DNA of 64,000 nt from Terriglobia bacterium (GTDB taxonomy: Bacteria > Acidobacteriota > Terriglobia > Bryobacterales > Bryobacteraceae): the NCBI GenBank assembly GCA_963764845.1, contig CAVXUE010000006.1, forward strand, positions 1,199,955 to 1,263,954, read 5' to 3'. Of the stretch, positions 10,638-24,885 are shown piece after piece. The position numbers were made by a program, and so were the translations under genes. The notes beneath the pieces were generated by a model, which was not told the origin of the DNA, did not search any database, and saw only the letters and a program-made list of their open reading frames with translations. The first letter of the stretch is position 1. The number at the start of each line of letters is the position of its first letter.

Positions 10638-11281
10638 ATGTCTGAATATCGTCTCGTCACTGTACTGTTAACCGTCACAGCTTTGACGGGCGCTCTGGCC
10701 GCGCAGTTGCGGCCCGCGCCGTTCGATTACTACGTTCTCTCCTTATCCTGGGCGCCCGCCTTCTGCGCGCAGCCGAACGCCGCCGCGCGCAACCCCGAGG
10801 AATGCGCGGCCGGGCGGCACATCGGCTTCATCGTGCACGGACTGTGGCCCGAAAACATCGCGGGCAGAGGGCCGGAGTCATGCGGGACGGCGAAGCCCGT
10901 GCCCAAAGCGGTGGTCAAACTGGTGCTGCCGGCGATGTACAGCCCCAGCCTTGTCCAGCATGAATGGGCGACTCATGGCATTTGCACGGGGCTCACCCGT
11001 TCGACTACTTCAGCGATGTGCTCCAGACTCGCGCCGCGGTAACACTTCCCGTGCAGATCACCTCGATCGAGGACCAGATCACCGAGGGACCGCAACTGAT
11101 CGAGAGGCAATTCGCCGATGCCAATCCTTCTTTTCCGAGAACGGCGTTCCGGACATCCTGCGCGGGGCGGGTTTTTCAGGAAGAGCGCGTCTGCTTCGAT
11201 AAGAATCTGAAGCCCCGCGAGTGCGCGGCGGCTGTGGTGGAATGCCGAAGCCCTGCCGTGGTTGTTCTTCCCCCGCTCTAA
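10638..11281 (+). CDS. Ribonuclease T2 family, secreted (interrupted)
   Basis: Signal peptide, CAS I FIVHGLWPE and CAS II VQHEWATHGICTG. One frame change near 10990. Confidence 0.8.
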
Positions 11282-11319
11282 CCACTGAGGACGCCGCTCA
11301 CGCTACCATCGAATGAAGC

Positions 11320-12268
11320 ATGATTCAGACCCTATTCGGCTCCGTGGAACAGGAGCCGACGCTACTTGAAAAACTCAAGTCCGGCGTTCAGAAAACGCGC
11401 GACGGGCTCGTTTCCCGCATCGAAGACGTCATTTCCGGCCGCAAGGAGATCGACGCGGATCTTCTCGAAGAACTCGAATATACGCTGATCAGCGCCGATA
11501 TCGGCGTCACCACCACCAACGAGATCCTCGACCGCATCCGCGAGCGCGTCGACCGCAAACTGGTGGGCGATTCCGGAGAACTGCGCGGGCTGATCCGCGA
11601 GTATCTGCTCGAAGTCCTGCAGGCGAACGACCGGCCGCTGGCTTATCTCGCCGAGCCGCCCGCCGTCATCATGGTCGTCGGCGTCAACGGGGCGGGGAAG
11701 ACCACTACCATCGGCAAACTCGCATCGCATTTCAAGGCCGAAGGCCATACCGTGCTGCTTTGCGCGGCCGATACGTTTCGCGCCGCCGCCGTCGAGCAAC
11801 TCGAAGTCTGGGGCGAGCGCACCGAGACGCGCGTGATCCGCCAGCAGACCGGCGCCGACCCGAGCGCCGTGGTGTTCGACGCGCTTCAGGCCGCGAAATC
11901 CGCCAAGACCGATTACGTGATCGTCGATACGGCCGGCCGCCTGCAGAACGAAGACCAATCTCATGGCGGAGCTGGAAAAAATGAGCCGCACGGCGGATCG
12001 CGTGATCCCCGGCGCGCCGCACGAAGTGCTGCTGGTGCTCGACGCCACGACCGGGCAGAACGGCCTGGAGCAGGCGCGCAAATTCACCGAGACTTCCGGC
12101 GTGACCGGCATCGTCCTCACGAAACTCGACGGCACGGCGAAGGGCGGCGTGATCGTCGCGATCGCGCGCGAACTGGCGCTGCCGATCCGCTTCATCGGCG
12201 TGGGCGAAAAGGTGGAAGATCTGCTTCCTTTCGATCCCGAAGCGTTCATCGATTCGCTGTTTGCCGGT
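11320..12268 (+). CDS. ftsY: Signal recognition particle receptor FtsY (interrupted)
   Basis: [22 protein letters not shown] then (other frame) [27 protein letters not shown]. One frame change near 11950. No in-frame stop before ribD. Confidence 0.9.
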
Positions 12269-13384
12269 ATGAGCCACTGGCATGCTTACATGCGCGAGGC
12301 TCTGGACCTCGCCGGAAAGGGCATGGCGCTGGCGACGCCGAACCCCATGGTGGGCGCGGTGATCGTGCAGGACGGCGAGGTTGTCGGCCGCGGTTTCCAT
12401 ACCTGGGAAGGCCTGAAGCACGCGGAAATTCTGGCGCTCGAAGAAGCCGGGCGCGCGCGCTCGCGGGGCGACCGTTTACGTCAACGCTCGAGCCCTGCTC
12501 GCATACCGGCCGCACGCCTCCGTGCGCCGATGCGCTGCATCGCCGCGGGAATCGCGAAGGTCGTCGCCGCTTCGGCCGATCCGAATCCGCTGGTCGCCGG
12601 GGAAGGGTTTCGCAGGCTGCGCGCGTCCGGCGTCCAGGTGGAAATCGCCACCGATTTTCAGGCCGAAGCCGAGAAGCTGAACGAGCCGTTTTTCCACTTC
12701 ATGCGCACCGGCCGGCCGCTGGTGACGTTGAAATCCGCCCTGACGCTCGATGGCAAGATCGCCGCGCCGGAAGATAATACCGGCTGGATCACCAGCGAAC
12801 GGGCGCGGGCCCACGTGCAGGAGCTGCGGCACGCCTCCGACGCCATCATTACCGGCATCGGCACCGCGCTTTCCGACGATCCGCAATTGACCGACCGCAG
12901 CAACCTGCCGCGCGCGCGCCGGCTGCTCCGGGTGGTTCTCGATTCGACGCTGCGCCTGCCGCTCGAATCGCGGCTCGTGCAGACGGCGGATAACGATCTC
13001 ATCGTCGCCGGCACGTCCGCGGCATCGCACGGAACGCCGTCGCGCGCTCGAAAATCGCGGCATCGACGGTGAAGATTGTTCGATGGTCCGCGCGGCAGAG
13101 TCGATATCCGCGACGTGGTCGCGCTGCTGGGCGAACGCCGCTGCTTGTCGGTCATGATCGAGGCCGGCAGCAAAGTGAACTGGGCGGCGCTGGAATCGGG
13201 CGCGGTGGATAAGGTGTTCCTTTATTACGCGCCGAAGATTCTGGGCGGGTTGCAGTCGCTGCCGATGGCGGGCGGCATCGGCCGTATGCGCCGCGCCGAC
13301 GCGATTCTGCTGGAACGCACCACGCTTCATCCGATCCCGCCCGATGAGTTTGCGGTCGAAGCTTACGTCCGCAAGGATATTTGA
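12269..13384 (+). CDS. ribD: Bifunctional riboflavin biosynthesis deaminase/reductase RibD (interrupted)
   Basis: [39 protein letters not shown] (in a second frame), [17 protein letters not shown]. At least 3 frame changes. Confidence 0.88.
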
Positions 13385-13387
13385 CTC

Positions 13388-13966
13388 ATGTTTACCGGCA
13401 TCATTGAGGAGTTGGGTAAGGTTGAAGCCGCGGGCACTCGCCTTTCGATCGGCTGTTCCCGCGTGCTCTCCGATCTGACGATCGGCGCCAGCATTGCGGT
13501 GAACGGCGTGTGCCTGACCGCGGTTGATATCCGCCCCGATGGATTCTCGGCCGATCTCGCGCCGGAAACTCTGGAGCGCAGCAATCTCGGCGATCTCAAG
13601 CCGGGCGATCGGGTGAATCTGGAACGCCCGCTCACGCTGCAAACGCGTCTGAGCGGACATATCGTGCAGGGGCACGTGGATGGGACGGGCACTCTCGAAG
13701 CGCTCCGCGCACTGGGCGACGGCAATTGGGAATTGCTGGTGCGGGTTCCGCGCGAGCTGGATCGGCTGCTGGTTTACAAGGGCTCGATTGCGATCGACGG
13801 CATCAGCCTGACTATCGCTTCGGTTCAGGACGGTCTGGTGAAAGTGGCGATCATTCCGCACACTTACGAAGCGACGAACATCGCCGGCCGCAAGCCCGGC
13901 GAACGCGTCAACATCGAGTGCGACATTCTCGCCAAACACGTGGCCCGGCTCCTGGAGGGCAAATGA
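13388..13966 (+). CDS. ribE: Riboflavin synthase alpha chain
   Basis: Intact 192 aa. MFTGIIEELG, two lumazine-binding repeats (NGVCLT / DGISLT). Confidence 0.92.
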   Translation: MFTGIIEELGKVEAAGTRLSIGCSRVLSDLTIGASIAVNGVCLTAVDIRPDGFSADLAPETLERSNLGDLKPGDRVNLERPLTLQTRLSGHIVQGHVDGTGTLEALRALGDGNWELLVRVPRELDRLLVYKGSIAIDGISLTIASVQDGLVKVAIIPHTYEATNIAGRKPGERVNIECDILAKHVARLLEGK

Positions 13967-14343
13967 TCCAGCGACTTCGACTCTTTATCGTTGTACTCAG
14001 CGCGATCGGATACGCCTGCGCCTCTCAGGCAAATGCCCAAAGCGCCGACCCAGGTGAAGCGCGGGTGATGTGGGTCGCTCAGGCTCTGACGCGAATGCTG
14101 ACGATCCAGGCCGGCATGACGCGAGGCGATCTGCTGAAGGTATTCACGACCGAAGGGGGACTCTCTACCCGCACTCAGCACACATATGTCAGCCGGGATT
14201 GTCCTTACTTCAAGGTTGATGTCGAATTCAAGGAAGTTGGTCCCCCTGGCCGTAACGGGGTTGAAATGTCTTTCGGCGAATCAAGCGTAGATATCATTTT
14301 CAAAATCTCGCGCCCGTACCTGGCCTTTTCCATTCTGGATTGA
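13963..14343 (+). CDS. Small secreted hypothetical protein
   Basis: ATG 13963 overlaps the ribE stop (ATGA). Signal peptide [25 protein letters not shown]. No family recognised. Confidence 0.55.
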   Translation: MIQRLRLFIVVLSAIGYACASQANAQSADPGEARVMWVAQALTRMLTIQAGMTRGDLLKVFTTEGGLSTRTQHTYVSRDCPYFKVDVEFKEVGPPGRNGVEMSFGESSVDIIFKISRPYLAFSILD

Positions 14344-15731
14344 TCAAAACTGAAAATAGACAAACGGAATCGTCTGTTCCGTGGCGCTGAACAGTTCGAT
14401 CGCGAGCAGCGCCACAATCACCGCGACAGTTCGCGCCCACGCGGGCGATACAGTGAGTCGTGAAAGCAGTCCGCGATATTCCTCCGCCAGTGCAACGACC
14501 AAAGCGAAGATCGCCATGCGCCATTGCCACGGGGTGAGCAGCGAGTGTCCCGGGAATCGCGAGAACATCTGTCCCACCACGAACACCGCGGTCGCCAAAG
14601 TCTTCGCGCGGAAGAACACCCATCCGATGCAGACGAGAAGAAACGTGAGAACCGCGAGCGGAATCCGCACGCAGACCCGTGTGCTCGCGCCGCCCCCAGA
14701 CCATTCGCTCGATGGCGAGCAGCACGCCGTGATACCCGCCCCAGATCACAAAATTCCAGCTCGCCCCGTGCCACAATCCGCCGAGCAGCATCGTCAGCAA
14801 CAGGTTGAGATACGTGCGCAGCGCGCCGCGCCGGTTGCCGCCCAACGATATATAAATGTAGTCGCGCAGCCAGCGCGAAAGCGTCATGTGCCAGCGGCGC
14901 CAGAACTCGGTGATGCTCGCCGAAAGATACGGGCGGCGGAAATTTTCCGGGAAGTGGAAGCCGAACAGCAGCGCCACGCCGATCGCGATATCCGTGTAGC
15001 CGGAGAAATCGAAAAAGATCTGCAGCGCGAAAGCGATGGTTCCGGTCCACGCGGGCAGCAAGCCCGGCAGCGCCGCGGGATTTGCGAAATACTGGTCGGC
15101 CACCAGGGCGAACTGGTCCGCGAAGATCAGCTTCTTCACGAAGCCGGTCAGGATCAGTCGCCACGCCCTGCTGCCATTCCGCGCCGGTCGGGGCGCGCCA
15201 GTTCCAGAAGTCGTGGAAGAACTCGCGCGCGCGCACGATCGGCCCCGCCACCAGTTGCGGGAAGAAGGCGACGAAAAGCGCGTAGTCGACATAGCTCGTG
15301 ACTACTTGCTGCTCGCCGCGATAGACGTCGATCACATACGAGATGCTCTGGAACGTGTGGAAGCTGATGCCCAGCGGCAGGATGATATCGAGCGGCGTGA
15401 CGCGCAGCGCCGGGTGCAACAGATGCAGCCAGGTCTCGCTCGCGAAATTCGCATACTTGAACCAGCCGAGCATGCCGATGTTCGCGCGCGAGGCTGACCA
15501 TCAGCGCCATGCGCCGCTGCGCGCCCTCGCGGCGGCTGATCCAGAGCGCGGCGAAGTAATCGACCGTGATCAGCCCGAGGATCAGAACGACGAACTTCGC
15601 CCGCCACGCCATGTAGAAGAACAGGCTTGCGGCGAGCAGCAGATAACGGCGGGCCGGCCGCGGCAGGACGTAGAACAGCAGCCAGCACCACCGGCAGGAA
15701 AATCGACGAAGGTGAAGGTGGTGAAGAGCAT
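14344..15731 (-). CDS. MBOAT family O-acyltransferase (AlgI/PatA-like), interrupted
   Basis: [11 protein letters not shown] start, [32 protein letters not shown] and [12 protein letters not shown] (catalytic His block). At least 4 frame changes. Confidence 0.85.
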
Positions 15732-15734
15732 TCG

Positions 15735-16836
15735 CTACTGCACCCCGGGCGTTTGGATGCCGATCAGCGGCGGGATCTGTCTCCGCGATCCGCGCGCGAA
15801 AAAATTCCGCGGCCGACCCGGTTGAGATGCAGGCCGTCGAAGAAGACTTCCGGCCGTCTCCAGATCGCGAAACGTGCTTTGGGGCAGCGCCGCAACGCCG
15901 CGGCCGCTTCAGCGCGCGATTGCAGAAACGCGCGGGCACGCGGCTCTTCGGGTCTGGGCAGCGGCGCGCGCGGCAACTCAAAGAAGATAATTTGCGTGGG
16001 CGAGTCTTTGTAGAGATCGAGGATCCGGCCCAGCCAGAGCTCGCGGTAGCGGGTCGTTTCGCCGGTCTGCGGCGCGGGCGCGGGCATCACCATGGCCTCG
16101 ATCGAGCTTCGCCGCTGTTCGTCGAGGCCCGGCGGGATAGACGATCGTGCGGTGCACGAAGTCGGCGGAAAGGCCCTGCAGATTCTCTTCGCGGCCGCCG
16201 ATAGTCGGTCGATGTAAAACAGCCCTTGTTATGCCAGTCCTTGCTGCGCTTGATGCGGTCGGAAATGTTGAGCAGGAACTCCTGCGCGTCGCGCCGCAGC
16301 GAATGCCCTTGAACAGGCATCCGGCGAGCGCTTCTGCTTTGAATTCCCGCGAGACCATGGACGCCGCGAAGTCCGGGCAGTCGGTCAGGCGCAGTCGGCC
16401 GATGATGAAATTCAAATCGATCAGGCGGTTCGGCCTGCTGTCGAACTCGTCTTCGTCCGGTAGTGGTCGAGCGCGATCGCGATCGCGCGGAATCGCCGCC
16501 GCGTCGGGTCGGCATCGCGCAGAACGTAATACCAGATCCGCGGGCTGGTTCCGCCCATACCGAAATTCCAGAAGTGGACTCTGTTCCCGCCGACGCGGTC
16601 GGCGTCGCGCGCGGAGAAGCCTTCGGCAATGCGCGAATCGCCCAGCACCATGACCTCGGGTACGTTCGTGGGCAGCGTGTGTTTCAGCCAGAAAGGTACG
16701 ATTCCACCATCCCGGCGGACGAATGCGGCTCGAGGTATTTGTTGTACCAGCCGAGGCGGAAGATCGCGGCCTCGACGAGCAGAAACGCGAACAGGCTGAT
16801 GACGGTCCAGAGCAGCGCCGGGCTCTTGAAGAACAC
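15735..16836 (-). CDS. SGNH/GDSL-like hydrolase partner of MBOAT (AlgJ/PatB-like), interrupted
   Basis: GTG start giving the TM helix MFFKSPALLWTVISLFAFLLVEAAIF, block I VMVLGDSRIAEGF, block V FFDGLHLN. Stop lies 3 nt before the MBOAT start. At least 4 frame changes. Confidence 0.6.
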
Positions 16837-17003
16837 CCGGTGATCGATTGCGGCGCTGGCTTTCGCCTCTCGCGGGCTCGCTCACGCTGCCAGTTGCCGC
16901 AACCACTTCGCCAGCGATTCCTGCTGCTCTGCCGGAAGTTCCGATAGCGTCCCGAATTTCGTTCAAATCCGCCACGGAGTCTTCGCCGCTTCCGGAGACG
17001 CCA

Positions 17004-18679
17004 TCAGATCTCCAGAATCACCGGCATAATCAGCGGCCGCCGCTCGGCGTTGCCGGTGAATATAGCGCTTCAGATCCGCGCGGATCTTTTCCTTCATCAC
17101 GCCGACATCCATCTTCTCTTCGGCGCTCGACCCTTCCAGCGTCTTCACCACCACCTCGCGCGCGGCGCGCATGAACTCCGCATCGCTTTCGAGGCCGAAT
17201 CCGCGGCTCACGATTTCGGGCGCCGATTCGATTTTGCCCGTGTGCTTGTTGATCGCGATGATCGGCAAGCACGATGCCGTCTTCGGAAATCACGCGGCGG
17301 TCGCGAATCACCATGTCGCCCACCACTTCGCCCACCGCGCCCGAATCGATGCAGATGCGCCCCACCGTGACGCGGCCCGCTTTGCGCGCGCCCCTGTGGT
17401 CCAGTTCCAGCACGTCGCCGGTCTCGCAGAACGAAGGTCTCTTCGAGCCCGACATTGCGCAGATGCTCGGCCAGCCGCGCATGCTTCGCCAGCTGCCGGT
17501 ACTCGCCGTGAATCGGAACGAAATAGCGCGGCCGCACCAGATTCAGCACCAGCCGCAGTTCTTCCATCGACCCGTGCCCGGAAACGTGCAGCGGCGGATT
17601 CATGCTGCCATAGAGCACATCCGCGCCGCGCTTGCGAAAGGTGGTCGATCATGCGGAAAATGGTCTTCTCGTTGCCGGGAATGATGCGCGAACTGAGCAC
17701 CACCATGTCGCCCGGCGTGATCGAAATGTGTCTTGTGGTTATCCACCGCCACGCGCGAAAGCGCCGACATCGGCTCGCCCTGCGTGCCCGAAATCAGCAC
17801 CGTCACCTTCGACGGCTTCGTGGCCATCACATCCTGCGGCCGGATCAGAACGTTGTCGGGAATATCGAGGAAGCCGTGGTTGTGCGCGATCTCGGTCACC
17901 GAGATCATGCTGCGGCCCACCAGCGCGACCTTGCGGCCGAACTCCTGCGAGAGATTGATGATCTGCTGCAGCCGGTGAATCGACGAGCTGAAGCAGGAAA
18001 CGAACAGCCGGCTCTCCGACCGGTTGAAGACGTCTTCGAGCCGCGGGCGCACGGCGCGCTCGGAATCCGAATAGCCGGGCCGGTCCGCGTTGGTGGAATC
18101 GGAGAGCAGCAGCAGCACGCCGCGCTTGCCGTAATCGGCCAGCGTATGCAGATCGAAGAGCTCGTTATCGGTGGGCGTCGGATCGACTTTGAAATCGCCG
18201 GTGTGAATGATGACGCCGAGCGGCGTGGTGATCGCCAGCGCCACGCAGCTCACGATCGAATGCGTGACGTGAATGAACTCGACTTTGAACGGGCCGATCT
18301 CGACGATGTCTTTCGGCTTGACCGGCGCGCAGAGTCGGATCTTCTTCGACGTCGTATTCTTCGAGCCGCCGCTCGACCAGCGAAAGCGTGAACGCCGTCG
18401 CCATACACCGGCACGTTGAATTCGGCGAGGAAGAACGCCACCGCGCCGATGTGATCCTCGTGGCCGTGCGTCAGCAGCAGCGCGCGCACGTGCTGCGCGG
18501 TTCTCTTTGAGGAACGTCAGATCGGGCGTGACGATATCGACGCCGAGCAGTTCGGCTTCCGGGAACATCATCCCGGCGTCGATCACGACGATGTCATCGC
18601 CGTAGCGGAGCGCCATCATGTGCATCCCGAACTCGCCTAGTCCGCCCAGCGGGATGACCTGCAGTTTTTTATCTGACAT
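17004..18679 (-). CDS. rnj: Ribonuclease J (interrupted)
   Basis: [48 protein letters not shown]-terminus ..[13 protein letters not shown] with stop at 17004-17006. At least 6 frame changes. Confidence 0.88.
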
Positions 18680-18750
18680 TTTGTAACGGTAAATCAAATT
18701 CTAGCGTTCATGCGACCGTTGCGGGATCTAAAACGTGCATCGAATAGCGC

Positions 18751-19420
18751 ATGTCCACAGCTACAAACGTCGCTCCGCAACTCACGAACTGATCCGAGAC
18801 AGCTGGAGCCCGAGCGAGTTTTCTGGACCGTCGCGGTCGAGCCGGAAAAGCTGCGCAGTCTGTTCGAAGCGGCGCGCTGGGCGGCGTCCTGCTTCAACGA
18901 ACAGCCGTGGCGATTCGTCGTCGCCACGCAAGGCGGATCCGGAGGCGTTTGCAGAAGATTCTCGGCCTGCTGATGGAGAAGAACCAGCAGTGGGCGAAAA
19001 CCGCCTGGGCGCTCGGATTTTCGGCCGGGAAGAAGACCTTCACGCACAACGGCGCGCCGAACCGGTTCGGGCTGCACGACACCGGCGCGGCCTCCGCCAA
19101 TCTGGCGCTTCAGGCGATCGCCGCTGGGCCTGCGACCCATTTCATGGGCGGATTCGACGCCGCAGCGCGCCCGGACCGAATTCCACGTTCCGGACGATTT
19201 CGAGATCGGCGCGGCGTTTGCGATCGGTTATATCGATGAAACGGCCACTGCGTCCCGCCGGCGCGGACGCGGAAGGCGCTGGAGGAGATCGTTTTTCGGG
19301 CGATTGGGGTATACCGGCGACCCTGTACTGTGGCCCTGTCTTTCGGCGCTCAGCGATGCCCTGCAGAGAGCCACTGACGCTGACGGACCTGGCAAGAACC
19401 CATGCCAGCGCCGAAAATAA
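18751..19420 (+). CDS. Nitroreductase family protein (interrupted, 3' end uncertain)
   Basis: [54 protein letters not shown] and HFMGGFD spread over three frames. Confidence 0.7.
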
Positions 19421-19421
19421 T

Positions 19422-19449
19422 AAAGCCCACCTCGCTAGAGGTGGGCTTT
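19422..19449. terminator. Perfect 12-bp stem hairpin (aaagcccacctc gcta gaggtgggcttt)
   Basis: Read directly. On the minus strand it is followed by attatttt. It lies between the convergent genes 18751-19420 (+) and 19732-20705 (-). Confidence 0.6.
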
Positions 19450-19731
19450 CGCTCACTCCGCCGGAGCGGAGTGAATTCGAGGGAGAATCATTTTCGACGG
19501 CTTCGCAACCGCCAAAAACTTAGTGATTGGATCTTAAAGTTTTGGGTCAGGCTTCGTCAAGTGGAAATCCAAAGTAAGTTATCCACAGCTATAACAACAT
19601 GATTTCAAGACGTTTATAAAACATGTGGATTTCTCTTGACATTTCGGCCCAATCGGGAGTTGCCTATCCAGCCGATGCTTCAAAAGCCCGCAATCGGAAC
19701 GATTCAATGCAGTTACAGCGGTAAAACGCCT

Positions 19732-20705
19732 TCACGGACGCCCCGAAAGATGCAGCGAAATCATGTTGTCGCCCTCGCCGGAAGCGCCGGCGCGGCGGAA
19801 CAGAATCCGCACTCCGCCCACCACCAGACCCGAAACGACGCAGAATCCGGCCAGCACCAGGCACAGGATGAAAATGTTCAGAAACAGGTTGGCCGGATTG
19901 TCCTTCAGCGTCGGAACATGTTCCGGAAGAGTGACTTCCGCCTGATATTTGATCCGGGACAGCAGCCTTTCGGCCTCGTCCGGACTCGCCGCGATTCAGC
20001 GCAACGGCGACCAGCGGCCCGGTGCGCTTCACCATGGCGCCGGGAACCTGCTGGAAGTGGGCGATGCGGTCCCGCGCCATCTCCATGGTCGGGTAGCTGA
20101 ACACAATCAGAGTCGTTTCCTTGCCCGTTGTCCGTATTTCGCCAGCTCGCCTTCGGCGTTGAAGTGGAACGCCGCGGTGCTGGGCGGGATCGACGGGCGC
20201 GAAACGAGCCAGGCTGTCGGGACCGGTGATGTACCGCTCGGAATTCGGCTCCGCGCCGGCCGGCAAATACTTCGGGCAGGGTCGGGAGCGGCGATTGGGC
20301 ATAGCGGGGCACCGTTCCCACCACATGATTCAGTTCTTCAGGTTTTGGCTTGTAGCCTTTGAAAACAAACAGGTAATTTCCTACCGCGACGATTTCGTCA
20401 GTGGCGTTTGCCGACCCCCAGCCCGGTCACGTTGACTGGCTTTGCATCGGCCGGGCGAACCTGATCGAACGCCGCGAACGCGCCGGTGGCGTCGGCGAAC
20501 CGGTAGGCGGAAATCGAGTATTTTCGGGCGCCCGGCGGCATAAGCCGCGGTCTCGGAATCCTGCAGCCCGTATTCGCTGCCAGACCTTCTGATCGGGCAC
20601 GGCGGCCGGGGTCGCCTCGCCTTTTTTCCAGTCGCCGATGGTGTCGGGAAGAATGGCGGCGCTGCGCTCAGCGGCAATACAGCGCGAACAGCAGCAATAT
20701 TTCAT
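19732..20705 (-). CDS. Hypothetical protein with C-terminal TM anchor (interrupted)
   Basis: Coherent peptide pieces over three frames: AILPDTIGDWKKGEATPAAVPDQKVW, YRFADATGAFAAFDQVRPADAKPVNVTGLG, TTLIVFSYPTMEMARDRIAHFQQVPGAMVKRTGPLVAVALN and LFLNIFILCLVLAGFCVVSGLVVGGVRILF. No family recognised. Confidence 0.5.
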
Positions 20706-20728
20706 GCATTGGAGCTCATGAGTTAGCT

Positions 20729-23559
<2,831 letters not shown>

Positions 23560-23642
23560 AGAGGGATTCGCCTTTATTTTAACGCGGGACGGGTATCGGT
23601 TACTAACAGAGACGCTGAGGCGCGTCTGCCTGTTCCGTCACG

Positions 23643-23876
23643 TCAGGGTCGTGGGCTAGTCAGCGCCTCAGGAGCCGGCCGGCCCAGGGGACCAGCATAA
23701 AACAGCACAACGTAACCCACGGTCGGAACGGACGCGAACAGGAGCAGGCAGAAGAGGGCGCCGCTCGTCATCGGGACGTGGTTGGTGATATGCTGCGCGA
23801 TCAGTTCCACCGAGCAGTATCCGGTGAAGATGAACCCGGCAAGCGCGTACAGAAGTTTCAGGCGCTGCATTCCCAT
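23643..23876 (-). CDS. Small membrane protein (77 aa), hypothetical
   Basis: Intact ORF with two hydrophobic helices (LLYALAGFIFTGY, ALFCLLLFASVPTVGYVVLFY). Confidence 0.4.
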   Translation of the reverse strand: MGMQRLKLLYALAGFIFTGYCSVELIAQHITNHVPMTSGALFCLLLFASVPTVGYVVLFYAGPLGRPAPEALTSPRP

Positions 23877-24015
23877 CGGTCCGATTTTCGCACGAAATTC
23901 AAGGTAGCCGCGACCGTCACCCCATTACCGTCACCAAAGGATAACTTCAATGAACGTTTCCGAATGGAGTATCATGGGTTGTTTTAACTTTTCGGAGGAC
24001 AGGTCCAACAGAAAC

Positions 24016-24828
24016 ATGATGAACAAACGAATTGCTTTGCTTGGCGCGTTCGCGTGCCTTCCCTTGTTTGCGCAGGAGGCTTTTCCTCAACACAACGCGG
24101 AAAAGATAGCGCCCCGCCAGTTTACGCCGATCCACGACAGGGTGGACCACAGCGACGGTACTTCAACCAGCACCAACTGGAGCGGCTATGCCGTGACTGG
24201 GACATCATTCACCTCGGCAGTTGGATCCTGGGTGGTGCCTACCGCCACGTGTACAGGCGAGAAGACGGTCCACTACTCCGCGTTCTGGGTGGGAATCGAC
24301 GGGTTCAGCTCCAGCACGGTGGAACAGACCGGAACCGATTCCGACTGCGATGGGGCGACGCCTGTCTACTACGCGTGGTATGAGTTTTACCCGAATCCGT
24401 CGATTGAAATCACTTCACTTCGGGTCAGCCCGGGCAATCACATGAAGGCTTCCGTGACGTACAGCGGAGGGGCATTCACAGCCGTGATTGAAAACGTGAC
24501 CACGGGAAAATCCTACACAAAGACAGCGACGGTCTCGGGCGCAGCGCGTACTTCGGCGGAGTGGATTGCCGAGGCGCCATGCTGCACGTCAGGCGGAGGG
24601 ATTCTGCCGCTTTCCGATTTCGGGACCGGTAAATTCGGCGACGATTACACAAGCGTGGCTGGCACGAATTCCGCGGCGACCGCTTCCGCGAGCGGTGTGA
24701 TCGGAAGTTTCCCGAGCGCCAGCATCAATGAAATCAACAAGACGGGAAGCACGAGCAGCCCGGAAACGTCAACCTGTTCCGCGCTCTCTTCGGATGGAAC
24801 CAGTTTTACCTGTACCTGGGCTAAATAA
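24016..24828 (+). CDS. Peptidase family G1 (eqolisin / scytalidoglutamic peptidase-like), secreted
   Basis: Intact 270 aa. Signal peptide, NWSGYAV, SAFWVGIDG, VEQTG (candidate catalytic Gln, codon 24325-24327), YAWYEFYP, SAEWIAEAP (candidate catalytic Glu). Confidence 0.75.
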   Translation: MMNKRIALLGAFACLPLFAQEAFPQHNAEKIAPRQFTPIHDRVDHSDGTSTSTNWSGYAVTGTSFTSAVGSWVVPTATCTGEKTVHYSAFWVGIDGFSSSTVEQTGTDSDCDGATPVYYAWYEFYPNPSIEITSLRVSPGNHMKASVTYSGGAFTAVIENVTTGKSYTKTATVSGAARTSAEWIAEAPCCTSGGGILPLSDFGTGKFGDDYTSVAGTNSAATASASGVIGSFPSASINEINKTGSTSSPETSTCSALSSDGTSFTCTWAK

Positions 24829-24885
24829 TCCTACGCAGACGGCGAGACCGTCCGCGCCACCGGGAAAGGCGGTAAGCTCGAAGCA

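Noticed and set aside
12476-13939. A 487-aa minus-strand ORF over ribD and ribE
   Set aside because: It is antisense to intact ribE and to recognisable ribD blocks, so it is a shadow ORF.
17171-18391. A 406-aa plus-strand ORF over rnj
   Set aside because: It is antisense to RNase J motifs that are present on the minus strand in several frames.
19559-19641. One perfect DnaA box (ttatccaca, 19579-19587), two imperfect inverted copies and a ttgaca in an AT-rich intergenic region, considered as a possible oriC or DnaA-regulated site
   Set aside because: A single perfect 9-mer is expected by chance about once per ~130 kb of double-stranded sequence. The other copies have 2-3 mismatches, and there is no dnaA or dnaN, no box cluster and no DUE-like repeats.
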